This document shows, in pieces, positions 12,035 through 22,700 of a DNA stretch of 60,000 bases (positions are counted from its first letter, which is position 1; every line of letters begins with the position of its first letter). Below the pieces are notes generated by a model. The model made no database searches and was not told where the DNA came from. It saw only the letters and a list, made by a program, of their open reading frames with translations. The translations under genes were made by a program, and so were the position numbers. This DNA is from Lytechinus pictus (lineage: Eukaryota), in NCBI RefSeq assembly GCF_037042905.1, contig NC_087246.1, forward strand, positions 9,860,001 to 9,920,000, read 5' to 3'.

Positions 12035-13105
12035 TCAGTCAGACCGCAGGTCCCTATGCTAATGAGCAAAAATCCAGATTCATCCAAATCATCTCGTGGC
12101 TGAATCCTTCTCCTTGCAAAATCTCGTGATTCGTGAGATTTTCTTTCTCTAAGAATTTACCTGTTTTAACCTCAAGTTAAATGAAATATTATTGCACCAT
12201 CAGATAGAGTAAAAGTTACTCTTTCATATTGGTCATTTATTTTGTATACAATATTTTGTTAAATAAGTAAATTTCTGGCCTGAAAATGTGCCTCAAAACT
12301 GAATTTTCTTTCTCTGTTTTATTTTGCAAATTGTGCAAAACTTTTTATTTTGAGCCTCAATGATATCTATATCACCGTAAAGCTGAATTTCTGTACTTTC
12401 TCACAATGCCACTCTTGATATGCGGTACCTTTTAATCGGGTCAAGATCACACTTTTCCCACCAAGGTACAAGACGAGATTTCTGAAATTTTGTAAGCGTT
12501 CTGATTGGCTGGATAAGGTTCACAGAACAACAGGCGCGGGGTATTTGAGGAGATTACCACATGGGAAGTGTGACCTTCCCACGAACCCAGGCACTGGAAC
12601 CGTTGGAATTTGCCATTGTGTGGTCTTTTTGACCAATCAGAGTGCAGTATTCTTGTTTTCAAGCTGCTTTATGTACTTGGCAAATGAAAAGTGTGATCTT
12701 GACCCGATTAAACCAATTCTTATTTTGAAACCTATATCATTTCAAAGCATACATATTCAGCTTTATTATGATATAAAAATCATTTGGGCTCAAACAAAAA
12801 TAAAGTGTGAAAATAGCAGCTTTTGTCAGGTGAAAATATTTATTTTGTAGCATATTTTAGATCAAAATTTTAACCTATATCACAAAATCTTTGAATAAAT
12901 CCAAACACATGACCTGAAAGAATAATTCATCTTCTTTACAATGGTACCAAATTCATGAAATTCGATGCACAATTAGAGCAGCAATGACCGAATGAAAAGA
13001 GGTGTTTTGGTCCGCATCAAGCTCATTAAATATGCAAAACATCTCAAGTCATGAATATCACTTGGATGAAAGAAGCCACTTTCTTGGGACCTGCAGTCTG
13101 ACTGG
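12035..13105. mobile_element. TA-TSD TIR element immediately upstream of the EGF/propeller gene
   Basis: TA-TCAGTCAGACCGCAGGTCCC ... GGGACCTGCAGTCTGACTGG-TA (20-bp TIR, 2 mismatches). Confidence 0.8.
12436..12707. mobile_element. Nested MITE, TTAA-flanked
   Basis: Perfect 22-bp TIR TCGGGTCAAGATCACACTTTTC / GAAAAGTGTGATCTTGACCCGA with TTAA on both sides. Confidence 0.85.
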
Positions 13106-13193
13106 TATATTACCGCAGCTCAAGATTTTCTTATTCGCAACATAACTGGTTAAATCAGTCCAAATTATATACCCAGCTTTAGTAGCAGTCAAA

Positions 13194-16100
13194 ATGGTAC
13201 GAGTAAGTTAATAATACTTTATTGATTAATTGATTGTATACTATTGTATCAATACTTATTTACTTGTAAATTTGCTCTCTTTGTATATGTCTGTATATTG
13301 CCTTTGCATTAACCAGTGTAGTGATAATTGGGCAACCCGGATTTGTATCACTGAATCATTTTTTCCCCTGCATTTAGATGTTTCTGTTTTTCTTCACACC
13401 TTCGAGTTTTATGAAGAAATCAGAACCCTAACGCGTGTTAGAAAGAATTTGTATGACACTGGATAAGATGATGCGACATAATCTTAAGGATTTTGTTTTA
13501 ATTACTCATTTGACCCCCTTATTGGAGTAGTTTTAGGCTTTCGATATGGAAATGAAGAGAGAAAGAACAAATCAAATAACGGTATGTCCTTCCATTTATC
13601 TTACAGAGGTGCCTCATTGTTTGTCTTCTTATCAATCTCGCCTCGGCAACCGGTAATTATCTTGTTTTTTCTTGAACATTCCTCAACTAATCCATAAAAA
13701 GTTTGTACGATCGTTGATTCTATAAAAATCTATTTCAATCTAATGAAGCATCTTTTATAATATCCATATAATTGTTTTAAAAAAATGCGATGTGTATATT
13801 GTCAGGCTACAGGCATATGAAAATGTCTTCAACATTGCTTCTAACTATATCTAGGTTATCTCGAGAGAGACGAAACACGTTTCCGTACAACATTTTGGGT
13901 TATATTATTTACAACTGTACGGTTACTTTGCGCTCTATCAATATGACCAAACCTTGAATAAAAGCCACTCTAAAAGGGTCGATCTAAAGCTCCTTGAGTC
14001 AATCAATCATTATTCTTGGGTTAAAATCTGTTATATGAACAATTAATATTTTAGTCAATTCGTACACAACGTGTATATTTTAATTCGTATACAAGAGTCA
14101 TGTACTGATTTAAAGATGTACAATAGATATACCTAATGATTATCAAGGGGAGGTGTATAGTCTTCGATAATAATTTAGTAATTCCATGTTTTCTCTCTCT
14201 TTATACTCATTCTCATTTTACTTATGAAAAACATGGATCTCGGACATCTTTTTAAAGCTCGCAAAATCTAATGTTTCTCGTTTGTACCTCTTGACAGAAT
14301 CCAATACCTGTTCACCGATTCCAATCTGCAAAGGAAAAATTCACATAATGACAGATATTTTTCTCATTGGCCCTCACCTGATGGAATTAGGACTGTTCAA
14401 GAATGATTTAATAAAACATATCTTCTGTGATACATCTGATCGTAAGAATATATATATATATTAATAATATTTACAGAGGAGTAAAAATGATGTGTCCCCA
14501 GAATTTACGAATTTACAATTATTTGCTTTACATTCTTTCACGGTGTGCAGCGGCGTATAGACAGATCTTTTTCATGTGAGAGGGGGGGGGGGTGTACACC
14601 CACAACTGACCAACAATACCCGCAAATGAAATAACAATTTACCCGTAAATGTAATAATTTAACCGACATCAATGTAATAAAACATTTCACCCATAATGTA
14701 ATAATTTTGAATCCCCGACAAATCTAAAAATGTCTTCATATACAAAATAATGTGATAAATTTGAAGTGATATTTTGTCGAATTTGTTCAAAGCTAAAGCT
14801 CGGATATATCGGTCGTCCCCATAAACGTATTCCTGCATATTGAATGTTTATTAATTTATTATCATTACTATCAAATAAATATATATATATAAAGTTTTAG
14901 CCTATAAAGAATATCATTACATTGTTTAATTTCACCTTGAAATTGGGGTGTTATTAAGCGATCCAGATGATAGCCTCTTTGAATTGGCTCTTTGAAGGTT
15001 AAAGCTAATCAGAATGGCGTATAATAAAAATAATGTTATTATCTTTATTATTACTTGAGATAAGATCTCCTTTTTCGGCAAACTCGGGGGGAAGCGTGGG
15101 GTTTAACGCAATGTGACAAGGCGCTGTTCCATCCTTTCTTTACAACCCATATCAATATATAGGAATTGTGTCCCCCCCTCCCTCCCCGCCGAGTTAAAAG
15201 TTCGGAGTGAAAATACATGAAAATACAATGTAAGAAAACGAAGTAATGAGGGAATTAATAGACATGACAATTACAACCCTATCAAAAATTTCAATTTGTG
15301 TACTTCGGAATAATAAATATCACTCTGATTTTCTGCGAGAAAAATAGCGACCAATTTATTCTTTTCAAGCGTGAGCGCATAACACATTTGAGCAATGTTG
15401 GCTTATTTTTGAAAAGTGAAAGTATGTAAGAAAATTTCAGTTTGAATGGGATGCTGATGACGGTATTTTTAGTCTCATTTTTTTTTGGTGGGGGAGGGGT
15501 CTTTTAACCGTTCTAAATATGAGGGGGCATTTATCCCATGCCCATATGCCGTACTGGGCACGTATATACACTGCAAAAACTCCGGTGTTGATTTAACACC
15601 AGACGGAATCTATATAATATATGTCCACACCAGAGAAGTATTGAAATAACACCAGTTTGGAATCAAACCGTTGCTGTTTTAATACTAATTGGTGTTGTAT
15701 AAACACATATCTGGTGTCAGACCAAAACCAAACTGGTGTTGTTTAACACTTCTCTGGTGTGGACATATATAGATTCCGTGCTGGTGTTAAATCAACGCCG
15801 GAGTTTTTTCAGTGTATGTATATTATAAAGCATCGCCGTGTACTGTTATCAATGTGTTGATATATGCAGCTTGCCACAGTGACCCGTGTCAAAATGGAGG
15901 AACCTGCATGGAGGTAGACGGTGATTTTATGTGTACGTGTGATGTAGCATTCGAGGGGATGTTGTGTGAAATTGGTAAGTTTTAATCTTCTTACAAGACA
16001 AGTTTGAGGAAACTTGTCTCCGTAAATAAGAAAAGCAAAACAAGTCTATGAGTTTGGATGACCATGGACCTACTATCCATGGGATGACCCAAACCTTTGT

Positions 16101-19100
16101 GGAAATGAATGGATGATTGAATGAGAATGGGTGAGAGATTGAATTAGATAAGTAGTTTAAAAACATAATTAGTAAATTTATCTACGAATTAATGACAAAG
16201 TACATATAAATGAATGTGTCATTGCCTGAGTAGCAAAATTATATGCATGAATTACTGAAGACGGGACTGAAATCCTTAATAATAGAAAGTTAATAATTAT
16301 TGAAAGTTTTTAATGCTTATTATAATTTATAGTTGATAGGACATTATCGATATAATTCAATTTCTTTGTTTGCATTTTAATATAGAAATAATAGACCAAC
16401 ACAGTAAAAATGCCGTTTAAAAGTTTACCCAACGCTGTTTACTACATGAACCATACAATAGTTTTTTTAAAAAGTTTGAACAACCATGCCTAATTTATTG
16501 ACGAAAATGAAACATTGTTGTTTAAGATTTTATGCATTTGTTTAAATTAAACAAATAGGTTCATATAGTAAACAGCGTTGTATGATATTAAGCCGAGTTT
16601 TTACTCTGCATACAGAGAGGTGGAAACGTGATATAGACGTAATATAACATTAATGTCCACCCCTTTTAAACACTTGTGATTTTTTTTTCAGAATTACATA
16701 AGTTTTTCGTCTTACTTGATACATCCTTATCAATCGGATACTTTTCATCGACTGGAAAGTTCTTTAATACTACATTCATTGCAATTAATCTGCCGTCGTA
16801 CCTCTTACTTAGAATGATAGTGGATCCAACAACAAACAATATATACATATTAGCTTCTGATATGATAACTTCTGAAAAGATCTTTTTGCGGACTAATTAC
16901 GATGGAAGTGAGACGGATATTATCTTCACCGGTACTAGAAAGGGTGGGTAGATTCAGGCTCTTGTCATTTTGTGATTTTTGTCCACTAAATTTCAATACA
17001 TTTTCATGTTACCGGTCAAAAAGTTGAATGTCAGATTTCCTAATTTTGTGAAGACCCTCTTAAACCAAAACGCAAGTTGTTGCTATTAAACTTACATCCA
17101 AAATAATACTTTTAATTACTAAAACTGCTATATAAAACGAATAAAAATGTAAAAGATACACAATACTTGCATTCTCTTGTTCGTCATAACAGGCATGTGC
17201 AATCAAAAGATGTGCATATTGAAGATTTCCTAAATAAACGTAAAATTTATCCAATGAAATAATTTGCCAAGAGTGTCAGTTACAATATAATATCCTTAAT
17301 GAATCAATATTTTTATTTACAGATATCATAGAAATGACACTGGATGTTCAGCAGCATCATATCTATTGGATTGAATACTACCAAAAACTTCACGTGACAC
17401 ATTTTAATGGCACTTATCTGCGTGAAATTGATTTGTCAGGATTGATCCCATTTTCAATTTATTTCGACATTGAGACAAGGTACGGATATTCACCAAGGTT
17501 AAATGAGGCTTCATATTGAACATATACATTTTTTGGCTTTCAAATAGTATTAAATTCAAGTAGATTTAAGTTCAAATCCCACTGGTTCCAAAATCGCACC
17601 ATGTTTCCGAGTAAAAAAAGGAGGAGACAATTTGGTATATACCAGAAAATATTTATTATTAATGTAAATGACATGAACAGATTTTTTTCAAAAGAAGGCG
17701 CTATAATTAGACATTTATATCTTTCTCCGTTTAATCGTCCTTATATCGAATCATGCATGCTATACAAAGTATACTGTAGAATAGTCTCTATTTTATAATG
17801 TGTATAAAGAAATCGAAAATGTTTAATTGATTGATTGAGGGATTTCGCGATTGTGTTCCTTCGTGTCATCGTTCTTTCTCACCCCCCCCCCCTCTCTCTC
17901 TCTCTCCGTATGTACAATTGTAGCTAGTTGTAGGTTTCCGGTAGGATTATTTTTCCACTAACCTATATCTATATTTTATACAATACAGTGATCTTTTACT
18001 GGGATCTCAAATCAATAACAAAGGGAGAATTACTAAAGAGAACATGGTTACTGGGAAGAAAAAGACTGTTATAAGAAGCCTGGCGAAACCACCCATCAGT
18101 CTCCTATTCATTTCTCAAGGTGAGTCTCATTAAAGCCTGAATAATGATTATTCAGCCCTCTCCGTTTAAAATTATAATGTCGATGGTGAATAATGGCAAT
18201 AACAAAAACAGTTTGATTTACAGAGCGCTTTTCCCCCGAAGATATACAAAGTGTTAACATTATTATCACACCTTTGCTCAAGCAGCGTTCAGTACAAAGC
18301 AATTAATGAAGACAATTGTGATCGTAACAATGCAAAAAACAAACAGTGATAATGATAGCTATATTCGTTCTTCAAACAATTATACTGTGGTAGTAATAAG
18401 GTATGCATATCTATTTTTCATATTATAGTTATTAAACTTGTTATCATAATTAAATATATAAGAAATATATTGCATAATTATAAACGGTATTGATGAAATT
18501 ATTTCCATGCAGAATGATCCTGATGATTTTTTTTAATTGTATATCACCCCAATAAACCCAAACCACCAGAACTGCTATTGTTATTTCTATTATCATTAAT
18601 GCTCTTGTCATAATAATTTTGTTATAACTATTGTTACAATATTAACAGTATGCTAATGATAAACATGATAATGGTAATAACTACTATTCTTATATCATCA
18701 TTATTATTATCATCGGTACTAGTATAAAAATTATTATCATTGTTATTACCACTGTCAGCATGATTGTCAGTGATGGCAAACCAGGTCGACGAGGCTATCG
18801 ATAAAAATTATTCGTAAGATTGGTAACACCCCCCCCCCCCTCTCTCTCATTTTTCAAAATTATTTTTATGTACAGAATCCCGTGTCTATTGGACGTATGC
18901 ATCTGTTAACAGGATATTCTATGCAGATACTGATACGGAATTTAAACCCATAGAGAAAACGATTCCCATGCACGATATGGTGGATTTTCCATTTGCAATT
19001 TCCACTTACAACTGTAGATTGTATTTTGTGGCTGGTGAACGGCACCTGTATGCAGTCAATGATGATGGCGACGATATCGTACTTCTAGAAGGGGAATTAG

Positions 19101-19177
19101 TTGAAAAGGTATATGGGAGCGATTTGCCTCGATATTATGCGGGACCGTTTCTCATGGATATGGAAATTGTCAATTGA
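13194..19177 (+). CDS. Secreted protein (~381 aa): signal peptide, ~48-aa Cys-containing segment, single EGF domain, degenerate LDLR-class-B/YWTD-like beta-propeller; no TM segment
   Basis: Exons with GT-AG sites and consistent phases: 13194-13202, 13607-13652, 14298-14441, 15870-15974, 16692-16943 (alternative donor at 16931), 17323-17479, 17989-18119, 18876-19177; total 1146 nt. N-terminus MVRRCLIVCLLINLASAT. EGF: CHSDPCQNGGTCMEVDGDFMCTCDVAFEGMLCE. Propeller motifs: MIVDPTTNNIYIL..RTNYDGS, MTLDVQQHHIYWIE..HFNGT, RVYWTY, RLYFV. The first 9-nt coding exon is the least certain. Confidence 0.8.
15569..15814. mobile_element. Palindromic MITE, CACTG..CAGTG termini, TA TSD (EnSpm-like)
   Basis: CACTGCAAAAACTCCGGTGTTGATTTAACACC ... 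GGTGTTAAATCAACGCCGGAGTTTTTTCAGTG. The arms pair over ~90 bp. Confidence 0.85.
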
Positions 19178-19716
19178 GGCCAACTCAGTCTGTGACACGT
19201 TGTGAAATAGATAACACCTCTTATATTACCGTAGGCTATTTATGTTTAAAATTATTTTATTAGCTCGATTCGTGCAGTTACCGTCCGTTATTTTAAACAA
19301 GAAATAAGGAGCTGAAAAAGATGTTTTTGAGGCAGGACTTCTCTGTAAAATATTGTATAGGTCCTACTTTCTCGTAGAATCTATTTTTTTTTTGGGGGGG
19401 GGGGGGTTGGCGTCAAAGTCCCTCCCTATAATAGCTACCAAAATAGCTGCTTCTTTTTGAATAACTCAAAAAATATAATGTATTTTTTTTTTTGCACAAA
19501 ATGCTAATATTTTTTGTGGAAAGAAAAAAAAAAAATTCACAGTATGATAAACGTGTTGTATTATTAGTTGTATCTGTGTTATATACATGAGATCACTTTT
19601 TAAGAAAATTGCTGACTACAAAACGGCTTGCCTGATTTTAACACCTTGGTTAACAGATACCAGAAGAAAAATAACCAACTCAAACTCATGTTTTATGCTT
19701 TTGTTGATAAAGTAAT

Positions 19717-22700
19717 TCATGACAAGAAATACTCAAAATATTCACAATTATCTACTCTTTTGAAGTCTGAGCTGGACACTGTTCTAGTTGAGTTGTTAAG
19801 TTGACACGTTCCTTCATGCGAGTTAACATTCATTGATGAACAAGTTGGTAACCTGATGCAGCTGTCTAAGCAACGGATCAAAGATGATGATTGGATGTCT
19901 TTGATCACGTGACCAACTAGGCAATATCCTGGACGGGTTGAATCTTTTTGCATGTAGGCACTAGCAATTATTTGCTCTTCGTCGATCCCAGCCTTCTCGG
20001 TGGAGATCGCGCCATTGGTAGTGATCGGGCCTTCGGTAGTGATCGGGCACTCTGTAGTGACTGGGACTGTGGACATTGACTGTTCCGTTGTTGGTACAGG
20101 TAGATCATCTATATATCAATGCAAAGAACGAAAATAATTATCGATATTTCAGCGAAAAGTGCAAGCTTAATTATATATTATAGTAAAATGTTTATGCTGA
20201 CTAAAATAAAGGTCCTCTAAATGAGGAAGCTAGCTTTGTAAGAATTTAGTGCAATTGTGGAAATAAAACACACTTTTCTGTCCCTTGAAATGTTCTTCTC
20301 ATTATCATTAGGTTTATGTGTTTCATTTGTTTTGAAAACTGTCAATGCGTGTTGCGCGTGCAAAGGCAGTCCAACACATTAACGTGTACATTCATATTTT
20401 TGCCTAAGTGTTTATTATGGGTACAGTAGCTACCTGGAAGTCTGGAACATCTATTGGAATCCATCTGCTGGGGAAGGGGGGAAGAAGCAGGCCAAAGGAA
20501 CATTTTTTTAAAGATGATTGGATCACATGCCCATTTTGATTGGACTCCCATTTCTATTTTATTCAAATGAAAATTGCTTAAGCTTTAGGTTGTGTTAACC
20601 AACTTTACCCCATAATAATTACTGAAATTTGTATAAACTTACTGTCCTTCTCGCAGACGACCGATTTCGGGATTGCGCAATTGGCATCGCTCCAAGACCC
20701 AGCTAGAAAATACACGCAGTCAAAAGCAGGTATACCGGATGGCTTTAAAGGGCCCCAAGCTGAAGAGAATGATCAGAAGAAGGAGAATAAGAAGCAATAG
20801 TGGGTAGTGTTAGATACAAATATAATTATAAAAAGCAAAGAAGAAGATTGTAAGTAGGAGAAGGGGGAAGGGGGTTAAGAAGAGTTAGAGAAAGAAAATG
20901 ATACGGCCTGTATTTAATCCGAATTCAGAACACTGTATCTTATCTCGGGGGTGGGTCATAGAAGAAAACGAAAGCCCTTTCAATGGGTTATGCATTGAGC
21001 CAGGTGTGTAATATATATTTTGTCAGAAGGCTGGAATCCCTGTTAGAATTGTCATAATAGACCATCACAGATGTGACAGAGAAGACATGACTGTACAGTG
21101 CGTATAAAAAAGGGGACAGTTTTGAAAAGTCTATCAAAATTTTGTGTAAAATTATGTCTATATTTTGATATTAATAGATGCTCTGATGACTTATCTTTCA
21201 AATGCCATTTTGAAAAATGAGTTTTGTTCATGCTTGAGCGAGCACAAAAGTTTTTGTCAGGGGTTCAAAAAAAGGCTTGCGCCAAATGTCATCAAATTAG
21301 AAAATATTGATCATCAGACTTTTTCCTAGTTTTCATTCAACTTATTCTCATTTCTTAATTTCTGCATCAATTATGTTCCTACTTAGTAAATATGATCCTT
21401 GAGTAAAATACCACGTGCGTCCATTAGGATGATGAGGTTGAAGGTCATCTTGGGGTCAAAAGGACATAATGATATGTGGTCATGTCCATCGATTTTGTTC
21501 AACTTGCTCTCATTTCTTTATTTCTGCATCGATTATGTTCATACTTGGTAAATATGATCATTGGGTAATACCACATGTGTATTCATGAAGATGATGGGGG
21601 TCAAAGGTCATCTAGGGGTCAAACGATTATATTGCATAATTTTATTATCGGGAAATCAGGCGAGACTCGTGGTTCACAATATTAAACCACCTTGTTCCAT
21701 TTAAATATTTTATCTCCGAGCATTGAATATTAAGAAAAAAAAAATTAATTCATGACCTTTTATTATTTGCAACCAGTGGCGTAACTACGGGGGGGGGCAT
21801 GGGGGGGCACGTGCCCCCCCCAATCGGCTGGCAAAAAAAAAAAAAAACGGGAGAAAAGGGAGAAAAAGAGGGAGAAGAAAGAAACGTAGTGGGAAAGAAG
21901 AATTTATTGTACATTATAATGTTATATTATATTATATGTTGTGTTATATTACATAATAATGTTTTTTTTCATAACTTTATGAAACATAATGTGCTCAGGG
22001 CCTATTTGTTCATTATTCCTGGTACTAGCATTGTCTGTTTAAAGGTCAAGTCCACCCCAGGAAAATGATGATGTGAATAAATAGAGAAAATCAAACTAAC
22101 ATAGTGCTGAAACTTTCATCAAAATCGGATGTAAAATAAGAAAGTTATGACATTTTAAAGTTTCACTTATTTTTCACAAAACAGTGATATGCACAACTCA
22201 GTGACATGCAAATCAGACAGTCGATGATGTTCATCACTCACTATTTCTTTTGTTTTTTATTGTTTGAATTATACAATATTTCATTTTTTTATTGATTTGA
22301 CAATAAGGACCAACTTGACTGAACCATATAGTATTAAACAGTGCTAATTCCACTTGTTCAGGGAGGAATTAATCGTTAATCACTTGACAATGAGGAGAAA
22401 ATTTAAATATTTCATATTTCATATAATAAAATACAAAAGAAATAGTGAGTGGATGACGTCATACTCTCCTCATTTGCATACCAGCCAGGATGTGCATAGA
22501 ACTGTTTTGTGAAATTAAGCGAAACTTTAAAATGTCATAACTTTCTTATTTTACATCCGATTTTGATGAAATTTTCAGTGTTATGCTTGTTGGATTTTTC
22601 TCTTTTTATTCAAATCAACTTTTTGTTGGAGTGGACTTGTCCTTTAACGAGATATACATGTACAATCATGTTGTACCAAAACGTCCTGTTTTCAAGTCAA

